From Selaginella moellendorffii (Eukaryota; Plantae; Lycopodiophyta): a DNA stretch of 64,000 bases. Position numbers and translations under genes: made by a program. Positions 46,984 to 60,295 of this stretch are shown here, piece after piece; within the stretch, counting starts at the first letter, position 1; every line of letters starts with the position of its first letter. The notes beneath the pieces are model-generated. The model had not been told where the DNA came from and searched no databases. It was given only the letters and a program-made list of their open reading frames with translations. The stretch spans positions 2,311,181 to 2,375,180 of the forward strand of contig NW_003314265.1 in the NCBI RefSeq assembly GCF_000143415.4, in the 5' to 3' direction.

Positions 46984-49900
46984 ACAATCCGAATCTGAAT
47001 CAGAGGAGGCGTGATGGCATGTGGCCTTATGCCATTCCTAGGTGAGATGATATAAATAACAAGTATAAATTCTTAGTTGTTCTAGCAAATCTTACTTAAA
47101 GTTCAAGGTGAACAAGCCGAATATGAATTCATCGGATTGTTATAACAAATTGCGAGGTGATGGCATGAGGCGATACACCATTTGAGAGTGGTAGCCATTC
47201 CTATATGAGGTGAGTGAAGTATTTATTAGAAATACCTCATTCAATTGTGCACTTCTAAGTCTTGGTCCACTTAGTACTGTTTGCATGTTTTTATTTTAAT
47301 TCTTTCTCTAAAATGTTATTTAGCATGTGGCTTCATGCCATTGCTCTCCACAATCATGCATTGAATTTCTATCCTTGCATAATACTTCTCCATATATATA
47401 GCATGTGCGCACATGTGATATGGTTCATTAGGCCTGATATAGTGTGTGAGGTAAAACAAAGATGATGTGACATATGCATTTACCAATCACACGTGCATAA
47501 ATCTAATAATATGGCATGTGGCCCATATTAATGGCACATAAACCCATATTGTGGGCTTACGTGCTTTATGTACCATCATTCCCTTGCAGCGTGTGTGTTG
47601 GTTTCCTTTTATAACACAACGAACTCCATATTTTAGGGTGAAGAGCGTTCTCATGGCAAGCACAAAATCTGTAAGTGAGGCAGAAAAGGAGACGGAGAAG
47701 GAGATAGGTGAAGATGTAGAATATATAAGTCTTCCAAACTCCCCGTACTATACTCCAGGTGATCATTTTTCTGAACAAACGGCAACATTAACAACTATCG
47801 AGAACGCCCCAGTAACGTCAGAGACAACAATCCAAAGCAAAACAACTGACCCGGAGAAGGATGATAGTACCGCTGAGAGTACCAAAAAGGAGGTGTCCAC
47901 TAGCGCTTAGGCTTATAATGGCGTGTGCCCTCATGCCATTTACTTGATCACCAAATACCTTTTTCCCTTTGCACTAGTATATCTTAATACCGGTTTGAGA
48001 AATAGAATGGCATGTGCCCTCAGGCCTTTTACTAAATCACCTTTGAAAGAAATGCAAGCCTCTATGTCGTAAAAAAAAGGTACTAGAGAAATTCCTTAAT
48101 AATATGAATGTTATTTAGTTTCATGAAAATTTCAAAGGTCAAATGAGTTAAATGACTTCTCCAGACTAGCAATGCCTCTTGCTACACCTTCACAATTAGA
48201 TTCGTTAGAAAAAGATAACATTGAATAATATCTAAATGTTCTCACCATTAAGTTATATGTCTGGCTAATAGGAATGACGTTCATCTTGGAAAGCTCACCA
48301 CACGCTCAATGAACAAACAAATAGTGTGTGCGCGCATGCCATCGCTCTTCTTTAGCTTCAGATTTGGCTTGTTCACCTTGACAATGAGATTTATTATACA
48401 ACCAGATGGACTCAGTCTGGACATAAAGTCACCGCGCTAGTCACCATGCCCCAGATATGTCTAGCCCCTAGACAAAAAACATATAATTTCACGTCATTTT
48501 CAAATACTTGAAAATTTGTACCTAGTCCCATTTTACTGAATAAATCCCACTTTAACGAAATAGAGCTTTAACAACTTTTAACAAATGGACCACAAGTACG
48601 AAAACTCAAGTCGCTAAAAGCTCGAAGAAACCTATAGCCAAGTCTTGCCTAACAATGATCACAAGTCTTGCATGAACTAACTTCAATGCTAAAGAAGAAA
48701 TCATGGTGTAACCCACAATATCCTCCTCAACACATCCATAAGCTAAACTTCATAATGCTAAAGCTAATGAAGAGCATGTCTGCATCAATCCAAAAGCTAA
48801 GCATAACAAAGTTATGCTCAACAAGTGATCACCAAATGATCCTCCATGAATCCATCTATAGCAAGACGTAACTCACTTCATAACAAGCACAAGAAGACTC
48901 ATCAATGATTGATATATTCCAACTCAAATCCAACAAGGATTCAAACTTTCCAATATCGATCACTAACTCTTCCGCTTGTAGAGTTAACATAGTCCACGAC
49001 TGAATCACTTTTCAAGGAAAAGCCAAAATTTAACCCCTACTAAATAATCTCGTCTAGAACACAATTAACTCAAACTTGCCATTTAGTTCGTTTGAACGTC
49101 AGCACAATTGCTAACTAGCAAATGCATGAATGCCAACAATATAAAGCTACAACCAAATTATCAACACTATCTCTATTGAGACTAATGAAACTCAATATCA
49201 ATCGAGAGAGAGATATCTCATTTCACTTGAATCTTAACATCAATATTGTCAATGGCAAGGCATCACTTCAATGTCATCAACACCATAAAAACGTTAAAAG
49301 AAAGCACAAGTGAATCACCACCCAAAACTCTCTAGCAACTAAGCTAACCAAAGTCGAAGATACTTTACTCAGTATCCGAGACTAATCCTTCAACAATACT
49401 CAGCTACAGATAACACATCATCAAGGAGTGATTCACCACGTCCAAGACTCAATGAAATCCAACACTACGAACTAAACGCAATCAAATGATATCGACGGAG
49501 GTATAGTCATTATGTCAACATGGAAAACCCATGCAAGTCTAACAACACGATCCTCCGCAACACCATCCGGTAAAGCAAGCCCACCATTGCTAAATGTTCA
49601 ACGAGTGAAGCAAGTGTCAAAAGTCCTTGACGAAGTCTACAAGTAATCACTAGTTGCAAAGCAACGAACAATCACTCTTCAACTTGCCTTCACAAGACCC
49701 AAACACTAAACTCTTGCCATTGAGTCATATACTTATCCAACATAAACGTAATACCCAAATATGAGATAAAGGTTCATGGACAAGCACAGACTAAATGACC
49801 ACTCGAATCCAACTCAACCGCAATAAGCTCACTAATGCATTTAGACAATAGCTCTGACCATGTTTAGAAGAGGCTAGCTATGCATGATCAACACTCAGCC

Positions 49901-51769
49901 GAAACTAAAGTAAAGACCATGAGATAAACTCATATCAGTACACAACCTCCTCATAAACAAAGCTATAGTACGGGTACCAACATCTCAACCTCGAACAACT
50001 AAGTTGGACATCACCATCCTTAGCCAAGGCGCAGGACCACCAAGACCAAGTCAAGATCAGTGAGAGCTCACTATTCTCATAGAGTCTTAACAAAATGCAA
50101 GGTGCAACTTGCCACTAAGCATAATGCTACAAAAGAAAGGCACAAGGGTCACCCTTCTTAGAAAAGCGCAACAGCCACTTTTCTATACCAATTCCAGACT
50201 CTATCCAGCTCAATTGCTTTAGCTCCAAAAGTCAGCATCCCTTTTCGGGTCGCATCATACAAACTACTTACTAAGGTCTAAGCTAACCAAAGTCAACTCC
50301 AACCCCTTCACTAGTTTGTACTGGCTTACGAAAATGGAATGGTTTTCGGGCAAAGCCATTGGAAAAGTCTAAGAAAATTTGTGGAAAAATTTTCCATCCT
50401 AGAGAAAGAATGACTCTCAATCTAGGAATGCAAACTTTCAAGACGCAACCAACTTCCTTCTACTAACAACTTCACATAGGTTCACCTCAACACAAATTCT
50501 CATGACTCATAGTATGCTTAAGCATCGAACATCTTTGCCCATACTTCCGACATCCAACTTCGACATCCACAAAATGCAAAGTGAACATCCAAGGCTTGAT
50601 CACAAATACCACATCTTCAGATATCCTAGGGGGGGAGAGTGTCATGAATGTGACTTCGGGTATCGAAAGTTACCTGTCGACCAGTCCTTACGGATACTCT
50701 TACCTTACTGCCACGATGGCAGAAGGTCGGTATCACTGGACCCTTTATCAGTCCCTCTTGTGCTAGTGGAGTTAACTAGGCATTTCGAGTGTACTTAGAC
50801 TGGATGAGCATAAGGACGGAATTGTTACGTGTTATTAGCTAAGCATACTTAGCCCGGTAAAGAGTTCCCGTCTCGTTATGTCTTGCACTTGCTAGTGACA
50901 AGAACCCTCGCATATTGAGATTGGTCCCTCAATATCGCTACATGATAGCTTACCATGTCTGTTAAACACCCTCGCTATCATGCCCTTTGTGTTGGTCTCA
51001 TTTTGGTCCCAAATGCTATTTATGGAAAGTGTCCAGATTTGCTCATTTGGCATATCTACGGAATGTAGAGATTGGCCTGAACACAATGGTGTTCATCCCG
51101 TATCCAAATTCGCAATCTAGCGCCATTCCATATTTAGTAAGTTTCAAGCTTGTTCTAGAGACTAACTCCTGATACTAAGGGAGGCTTGGGGTGAAAGCCC
51201 AAAGCGTGTGTTCCTCAAGAGCGGGGGGGGGGGGCTGTGGGGGGTTCCAAATGTATAGTAGGGATAGTGGGTAGGTCGAGCATGGCTGACCAACCTGAGG
51301 CATATTCTAGCTCCCGCTTGCATGCCTATCCTTGTTCTGCGTCCGGCTTGGGTCTAAGCCCAAGTTCCATTCCATGCTAGCTGGTGGAATACCCATGTCC
51401 TCGCGTTAGGCCACCGGTATGCCGAAAGAACGCCAGACTCCGTTTGGCTCTATTTTGCGTGCTAGTCCTGGCATTGGGATGCTGGTTACTCTAGGACTGT
51501 TCCAAGTCGCTCCGGGCTCCTGTCCCTTTGCTCCTTGGGCTTTATGCTTAGGAGTTGCTCTGTGGCTCGGTTCCGTCACTCCTTGGCTTCGTGCTTGGGA
51601 GTTTGGCACCGTTCCTTCGTTCAGTGGCCCAAGGCCCTGAACCTCGGGTTCCTATGGACACGTGGCATGTGACATGTGGCATCTGTCACGTGGCACAAAG
51701 AGGGTTAGGTTCCGCTTCGTGGTGCTATCCTATGGTAAATCACCTTAGGATAAAGGGTCAAAACCATGT

Positions 51770-53000
51770 GTGCTACAGCATGGAACTTATAAAGTTCATC
51801 TTGCAAAGAACACTTTGCGAAGTGCAAAATACTTAACTTATATAATGGATTGTACAGATATGCATGGCTTGCAAATTTTAACTGTATATGGTGATTCATC
51901 CATGTGTGCACGATTATGTAATAAATTTATGGTTGGCAAATGTTTCTCACTTACAAGGTTTGTAATTTTTTTAAAAAAAATTAACAAGATTATAATTCTT
52001 TAACTTCAGATGGGTTGAATGACAGAAAAACCTAGTTTACCACCATGGAACTTCAGGAAAAGTTCTTTATATTACAGATTCTTCCATAATTCAAATTATA
52101 GATGATTTTGATGTTAAACTAAGATTACAGCCAACTAGAGGTGCTTCTATATCATCTTTAATGGCTACTAGAGTTTATCCACAAGTTATACATGTTGTTG
52201 TAATCAACACTGGTGTTTTTCCTAAAATAAAGATTGCTTCTTCTGATAATCCTTTGGACATAACTATGGTAATGTTTTTTCCAATCTAATTTTCTATTTC
52301 TAAGATATTTTTCACAGCTCTATATGCATCTGGAGCATGAAGAGCAGTATCATCATATTGTAGCAGATTTATATGCTGGATATATGACAAAGTTTTTATT
52401 TTTTAATATTATGAAAAACATGAGTGTATCAGGTGATTTAGCAACACTTGGAAGTACTTTATTTTTGCCACTAGTTGATTCAAATGAAATTCAAAGGCTC
52501 AATGAAGTTTATAAAATGCACCGTGGCTTCACTTCTAAAGACAAGGTAATGTAAATTGTTTATATGTCTTTCAGCTCTAACTTCCAATTATATAGATTAG
52601 TGGATATTTCATCTCTGACAACTAACAAAGCCTCACTTAAGCTAAAAGCCTTTGCTCATTTTGCTCTTTCACAATATTAGAGCAGAAAGAAGATGGTTTT
52701 GTTGTTTGCGCAAAGTGTAAAGGGTGTTCCATCCCTTGTAAATTAGCAAAAATAACTGGTTCTATTATATCAAATGACATGATGGAATACAGAGTTACAG
52801 TGCATGATAAAATGGTGGATAAAATTTATAATTTGGATGAAGGGTCTATGGTCAAGTTTGCTATGGAGTCCCTAGAAAAGATTGTTGTTTATCTGTCTTT
52901 AAAACCAACGGGGTTCTTTCTATTGAATGAGGCAAATATTATTGTCCATTTTGAGACACCAAACAATTCAGCCATGGAAATTGCCAACAACCAGAAATAG
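51770..53000 (+). pseudogene. RPA70-like OB-fold gene, copy B
   Basis: Duplicate of 13495-14725. Confidence 0.5.
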
Positions 53001-54948
53001 ATCCACTTGTCTCTTGTCTATTTTTCAATTTCTTTCTCTATAATACAAATATCTATTTTTGAAATCTTGTAGTGCTTCTGTTAACAATTTATAGATTTCA
53101 AAGCACACAAACTAGCAATCCCATAGCAACTATTCACAAGATTGCTGCTGATTGCATTGCACAGCAACCTGAAATTCGCAAGAGAACTAATATGCAAGAA
53201 ACATAAGCTGCCTCTGAAAGCCCCTCTCAGATAATCTACTACTTTAACATTGTACGCTTAACACTGAAATCTAGGAAAATGATCATTGTACATCTGGATA
53301 GGGAGTTTCTTGAGGACTTCAGAGAAGGTGGGTGAAGGATGTGGCGTATTGCTTTCTGTACTAGATGCTAAGCCCCATCTTGCAGTAAATGTGCAAGGAA
53401 ATAAATGTGAAAGAGCTTGAATCATGAGCAATTCCAAATTTCAGGTTTGTTGCTGATTCGTTTGTTGAACTAGATGCTTGAAGCTGTACGCTCTTGTAGT
53501 GCTCTTGACAAAAGGGTTGGAAAACCATGGTTAAAATCACTGTGGCAATCAAAAATTTGAGCCAGGACTCGAATTTGAAAAGTGTGAAGAAGCTGTCTAG
53601 CAGACAGGATCTAGAAAGCATACCATTAGTGGCAGAACTTCATTGTATGCACCTTTTATTCGAATCATATTCTCTTGTAGCATCAATAAAATGCTAATAG
53701 CGATGGCACTTCACATTGTGAGTACTTTATACTTACGCTAAAGTCAAATCTTTCAAGGGGGACCTTCAGAGACATGGACATGGTCATTAAAAGTCCTTGT
53801 ATCTTTGACATATCTTTGTCATGGAGCTTGCAGTTCACTAAACTAAGACCCTTGTCACCCAGTGAGGCTTCTAAATGACTGTGCTCCTACTGGATAGCTT
53901 ACAAAAGAAAAACAAAGCAGCTTAGAAGAAAGTTAAATGGGAAGGCACATATACATCAAAGGTTCGCTTTGGTTCTTGGCCCTGGATATCCATCTCTGGC
54001 AATGTTGAGCTCTCCTTCACCCTGTAGTAGCTCAAAAGAAATCCTTTCAAGTAGAACCTGCATCAAGGTATATAAAAACAATGTCCTAATGAGAAATAAA
54101 GTTATAAACTACTTCAAACCATCTTTGAGTCCATTGACTTTTCAGGGACTTATCATTGGACGTGTGAGGAGTTTTTCACAGCCAACCCTGATACCAGTCT
54201 CCATGGCGAGAACAATGTTACTTGTTTGTGGAGTCATCCTGCCTGGTCGAAGATATCTTGCTCAACATTTTGAACAACTTTCTTTGGACTCAGATACCAT
54301 CTAGGGCTGCCACTGTTAGTAGAGCTTGAAGATGCTCTCACTACGGATTTGTAATAATGAAAATCTTCTCTCTAGGCAGAAGTAGAAGTTTAAGGCGCTG
54401 GAAGAGCTGCTGCATCATAGGATTCAGGATGACACTGTCCCTACATTTTTATGCTCTGGTATAATTTTTGAACCTACAAACCCAAAAGAAAGAGATCCAG
54501 AAATAATACAATCGAGTAGGTAGTCAATTACCTAAGACGAGTCTAGTACTTGTGCTCATGTTTCTCTCATGGCAATAGATAAGCCCATTTTAGGCCCATT
54601 CAAATAAAGACTTAATATAGCTTTAGGGCATAAATGGCTTTCAATGGAATAACATTGAGAAGTAAGTAAAAGATTTTTGATTGTTTCTACTGATCTAGAT
54701 TATTAATTATCACACAAAGTTGTTGATTGAAAGATAGAGAATTAATACTTACTGAAAGTAGGCTAAAAATAGTCCATTCAATTCAATTGTTGAATCTCTT
54801 TAAACAATCTTGATCAACTAAAGAATCATAGAGAAAACTAATCTGGATGCACCCACCTATCCAGTGGGTGTAAGATTGCCCTTGTTTAATGTGTCATCAT
54901 CAAGGACATCAAGGGCAATAAGGGCATCTAAGTATAAAGGGCAAAATT

Positions 54949-57900
54949 ATGACAAAGAGAAAATTTGAATGGACAGAACTTCCAGATGCAAAATTATTAT
55001 CAACTCAAGGATCTGCAAATAAAAAAGCAAAAGAACTAAAATTCAACCATAATATTGATTTAACTGAGCAACAAATTGTTTCTAGATACTATTATTTATC
55101 AAGAAAGAATAAAAATGAGCAAATAAAAACTATTAATATATTGAAAGAAAAATATGAAGAACATACTTTACAAAAAAAAAAAATATACAACAGAAGAAGA
55201 CAAAATACTTATGGAAACTTGGAACTCACAAAAACAAAAAAAATGAAAAAATAAATATTTTTTGACAAAGAATAGGGAGTACTATATCAGATGAAAAACT
55301 TAAAAGAAGAGTACATTATATTAGAAGAAAAGAAAGGAAAAAACTAAAAGAGAAAGAACAAGAAGAAAATAAACATGACATGAATAATATAAAAAGTATG
55401 AAAGCACTACAAGTGTATAATGAAGCTATAAAGGATATACTGATACATCCATGTAAAATATGCAAAATACTTTGGTTTAAATATAATAAAAACAAGAATA
55501 TGCATGCAATCAATTCATAACAAATAAATAAAAATATAAAAGTCCAGAAAAAATTAGAATGAATCAAATTGATCAATATACAGAATAACTAAATGATATT
55601 GAAGAGAAAATGCTAGCTCTATGTATTTTATTTGCAAATATAACAATTCCAAATCAACCTCAATATCAACAACAAATAAAAGGAGGAATAATAAATGTCC
55701 CAACTAATAGTAAACCAATAATCAATAAACTACCAAGAACATTTGAAGAAACACAAACAATAACAAATCAGCTGAAACTAGCTGATAAATATTATTATAA
55801 ATATGGAATAGCCAGATCACATTATATTTATAATAGTATAAAACAATTACAAGAAACAGAACTATATAAGAAAAATAAAAATAGATGAAAACTGGTTTCA
55901 ACAAGCACAAATTTAGACAATATAGATAAAAACACACAAATAATATTAGAAACGAATTACAACAAGAATTAAATGAAGATGATGAAAGTGTAAATTTGAT
56001 AAACAACCTTGATAATGAGATATTACGAACAGTTACTATGGTAATTAGCTTCTTAGATGCAAATCAAATAAATAAATTTACAAATGAAATTTTAGTTATA
56101 GCACCTATTCAAGGACAACACCCATTAGGATTATTTGTAGATGAAAATGCTGAAGAAATGGCATATCCAAAATTATTTGGTGGAAAACCAAGACCATTAG
56201 ACATAAAAAGTAAATTTACATACCAAGAAATAATCTAATGGGGATTAATGAATGAGGATAGAAAATTTGCATGATATATTGAACATATATTTACAGCAGC
56301 TGTAAAAACTGAAATCAAATTTGTCAATTAAAATGCAGGTTTAGATTAAGAAAATTTACTTATGAAGGAAGAAAAATCACATCGGAGGAATTGGGTAATT
56401 AAATTTACAATTTATATTTTTATATTTCTTACATGTTTTTTCTATATTTATGAGTTTGAACATCTTTTATATTTTTTGGTAGTTTCTCTGAATTAGTACA
56501 TATATTTTCATTAGCATATTCTTTTATTTGTAATATATCTATATTTAAATGTTTTAAATGAAAACATCATGCACGTTTAGATTAAGAAAATTTACTTATG
56601 AAGGAAGAAAAATCACATCGGAGGAATTGGGTAATTAAATTTACAATTTATATTTTAATATTTCTTAAATATTTGTAAATTTTAAGTTTTTTAGGGTTTA
56701 GGGTTTATTCACCTTTTTATAACAATAAAAAATTTGATATAGGGAAAGATTAATTCAAAATAAAAAATAACAAAAACTTAATTTTAAATATAAAATATAA
56801 AGTTCTAACAAATACAACAATTATAATAAAAGGTGAATACCTAATGGAAACTAGAAAATATCACCAATTATTAAGAACTCTAAATAAAAAGCAAAGAATA
56901 ATACATGATGACTTCATATTGAAAAAAGTAAAACAACCTAACAAGCAGTTGTGCTTATTTTTAACAGAAAGAGCAGAAACTGGAAAATCAATGCTTTTAA
57001 ATACACTTATAGAAACATTCAAACGATATTACAAAACAAACCAAGATATAAATAATGAACCAGGACAAACAGTATTAATAACAACATCTACAGAAAAAGT
57101 AGTAATATTAATGGTTCAACAATATATTCAACTTTTGCATTTGACCAGAAACACCAAAACAACGTCAAACAATATTAACAAATGACACATTAGATAAATA
57201 TAAGAAAAAGTTTTCAACAATAAAATGTTTAGTAATAGATGAAATATCAATGGTAAGTATAGAAATGCTACAAGATATAAAAAGAAGATGTGGAAGCTTC
57301 AAAATAACATATGAAATAGACTTTGGTGGGATGGATTATATATTTACAGGTAATTTCTATCAATTAAATCCTACATTTGAAGCACCAATTTATTCGATGA
57401 AAACATATAGACCTGAAAATAATGTCTTCATACACCACCCATGGAAAAATAATTTTAAAATCTATGAACTTACTGAAATAATGAGGCAAAAAGATGATAT
57501 AATCTTTATAAAAGCTTTAAAGAAAATAAAAATAGGAGAAAAAATAGATAAAGAGCTAGAATATATAAATAAACAAGTCACCACAGATACATATAACACG
57601 GAATACTATTCTATATTTGCAACTAATGAACAAGTAAGAGAACATAATGAAAAACTAATACAACACATACAAGGTAAAGATATAATTATAGAAGCACAAG
57701 ACAAATATAGAAATTCATGTCCTACACATTTCATGTTGCTAGATGCCACAAGAAAAACACAAGGACTATATCAAATATTACAATTGAAAAAGAAAATGCC
57801 AATTGAAATAACACAAAATATAGTAACAGAAGATGGATTAGTAAATGGAGCAGATGAAGTATTACAAGATGTAACCCAGATTAAAGAAGAACAAATAATG

Positions 57901-58939
57901 TGGATAGAATTCCCAAATATAAAAACAGGTGAAAACAAAAGAGCTAAAGAGAACATAACAATAAAACAAAATAATGAAAAAAATGGACACAAATATAAAA
58001 AAAACAAGAATAATAAATATTACTAAAAATAAAAATTATGTTATAAGTAGAACTCAATTTCCAGTACAACCATGCACAGGAAAAACAGTACATAGAGCAC
58101 AAGGATCAACTGTTATGCAATTAGGATATGACCCATATAAAACAAAATATCCAAAACAAGCATATACAGCATTAACAAGAGCACAAACAACAAAAGGTAT
58201 ATATTTATATAGACCAATTGAACGTAAACATATTAAAATCTATAAAGATGTAGCTAAAGAAATAATACAAATAACAATAGAAGCACCATGGCAAAGTTAT
58301 TTAATAGATTTACAGGAAGAAAAAATAGCTAGCCAAACAATTATACAAGTTCTAAATACAAGATCTATTACTGCACATCAAGAAAATAAAGAGTGATTCA
58401 CAATTATTAACATCAGATATAATATGTATTCAAGAAGTAAGAACACAAAAACATGAGGATTTATATTTTAATAAATATAAATCATATATACATGAACAAC
58501 CCCCACATATAGCAATATTGCATACAAATGACTATAAATCAGAAATAGTAGAACATTTAAAAACAGAGACAATGGCAATGTCATATGTATCATTAGAAAA
58601 AATAAAAAACAATTACAGATAATAAATTTACATAGAAAACCTGGAACAAATATACAAATATTCATAAAACAACAACAGATATATATACAGAAAATAGATA
58701 ATAAAAAACCAGTAATAATTAGAGGAGATTTTGATATTGACTACCAAAAAGAAGAAGCAAAACCACTTCAAACAATAATGGAGAAAGAAGGATACATACA
58801 AATAATAAAACACAATACACGTAATAATAAATTAAAAGATCATATATGGATAAAAGATATAATATATACAAAAGCAGGAATAGCACCTGCATATTGGACA
58901 GATCATAACAAATTATATATCGTAATAAAAAATATTTAA
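54949..58939 (+). pseudogene. Helitron/Helentron RepHel-endonuclease, copy B, Rep core deleted
   Basis: Duplicate of 16673-22360. The part equivalent to ~18110-20151 is replaced by filler DNA at ~56387-56730. Confidence 0.9.
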
Positions 58940-59418
58940 AAACAAAAGCTAACTAAGCATTGTTGCAACACAACACACAGCAATTTTATTTATTCATTAT
59001 ATTGAAATAGTTTATCTAAGTTTTATATTAATAATTAGCTATCTTAAATAATCAAGTAAAAAGAAATAAACATGAAAATTAGAGCTCTTATAATAAATTG
59101 AATATAATTTTTTTTCCTATTTAAACTTAATTTTTTTAAAAAATTAAATTATCTTATTAATGAGATATTCTGAAGTGTTTTTGATAAATTCATACTAACT
59201 ACTTTACCATTTTCTAATCTATTTAGTTTGAAGAGTTTACAATAAAATTTTGATCTATTATACCTACTCTCAAGATATTAAATTTTTAGATATTCATCTT
59301 CTTTATTTTCTTATGTTACAATCTTATTTCTTATTTCTTATACTAAAATTACCTATAACTTTAAAAGATAAATATTAATTTTAATCTGATTTTTATGCTT
59401 TTGAGTTAGAGTTCAATA

Positions 59419-59896
59419 CCCTGCCTGTTCATGCTAAGCCAGTATTTTCCAGCGACCAAACTCGTATTTCCACATTCTTGTCCAGGAAGGAGAGTATCTG
59501 TTGGGAAGTCAAAACTTTGCCAAATCCTGTCCGAGCTACGGTCAAGCAGGACAATGTTGCAAATTTCTTCCAAGGACGCGGTGGTGATAGAACAATTCTC
59601 ACAGTGGACAGGTCATATTGTCATGAGTCCGGTTCCTTTAAGCTCGAGCTCTCCAGGTTTGCCTACTTTGATCTTTGGTTTCTCAGTCATGCTACCGTTC
59701 TTGATGAGCGCTTCAGTGGCCTCCCATACTACTGTTCCTGTGCTTGAAGCCAGATTGCGAGAGTAAAGAGCTCACCAATCCCATCGCTTGTGTGGAATCC
59801 AAATGCAAAAGTGTTGTTAAAGCTTGTCTCCCAGTCCAATCCCCTTGCAAGGGCCAGGAGCATCAGTAGAACTAGCGTCATTAGTTTTGCCACCAT
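59419..59896 (-). pseudogene. Bulb-type lectin / S-domain gene 5' fragment, copy B
   Basis: Duplicate of 22840-23317. Confidence 0.8.
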
Positions 59897-60295
59897 CAGG
59901 AGAAAAACTTCTTGTTCTTTCTCCTGCAAATGAAACTCACAAGTTAGAAGAAAGTGAACTCTGAAAGCTATTTGATTTTGACTTGGTCGATGTCAACTAC
60001 AAGATATCCTCCATGATTTCTCATATCCTTCTGATTTTTGCTACGAATTCATGGCATTAAAAACAATTGAAAAAAAGTGATCATACCTCACAACAACTTG
60101 TTGTGGTTCTAACATAATAGTAGTATCCTTAGAAAGAGTATCCTTAGCAAAGTTAACCTGAATTTCACAGCGATTGACTTGGGCTTTGATCAATTCAATC
60201 CAGGAACTTAACTCCAACGAAATAATCACATAGCTTAAAACGACAGAACTGCAAAAAAGAAGAAAAACTTAGTGAGAGCAAGCTTTGGAGAAACC

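Larger units (their letters stand above)
35068..48342. repeat. Dispersed 22-bp palindrome ATGGCRTGWGGCCWCAYGCCAT, ~28 copies restricted to the DNA transposon
   Basis: Copies (some degenerate) start at 35068, 35360, 36436, 36511, 37750, 37941, 38082, 39548, 40825, 40885, 40962, 41764, 41899, 42058, 42915, 42987, 43602, 43700, 43770, 45616, 45672, 47014, 47160, 47320, 47511, 47918, 48007 and 48321. Confidence 0.95.
34973..48569 (+). mobile_element. 13.6-kb cut-and-paste DNA transposon (Sola/DUF7869-like) with cargo gene
   Basis: Perfect 25-bp TIR AAAGCTCTATTTCGTTAAAGTGGGA at 34973-34997 and 48545-48569. The empty site CCCCAACAACTTTT in copy A (~10770) shows duplication of AAC (up to AACAA, 3-5 bp ambiguous). 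Encodes a DDD transposase. Confidence 0.95.
31111..51743. mobile_element. Rearranged LTR retrotransposon, family 2, copy B, split by the 13.6-kb DNA transposon
   Basis: Minus LTR 32522-33595 and full-length plus LTR 50640-51743. Internal region 33596-34972 + 48570-50639 is collinear with 9400-12845. Confidence 0.8.
23957..60064 (+). repeat. Tandem segmental duplicate (copy B) of ~386-23485 (copy A)
   Basis: Same element order and near-identical ORF translations. Similarity starts at TTTGGACTTCCCAG and ends at CATGGCATTAAAAAC (23485 vs 60064). The copies differ by TE insertions and deletions. Confidence 0.95.

Noticed and set aside
47551-47910. Third gene in the transposon (acidic, Thr/Ser-rich ORF)
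   Set aside because: Short and low-complexity with no motif; may be a downstream exon, but unsupported.
35068-48342. CRISPR-like array or independent MITEs for the 22-bp palindrome
   Set aside because: Irregular spacing from ~55 bp to >1 kb, degenerate copies, no cas genes, and no consistent TSDs seen around copies.
34973-48569. CACTA/EnSpm classification
   Set aside because: The ends are not CACT(A/G), and the catalytic motifs are not TnpD/Transposase_21-like.
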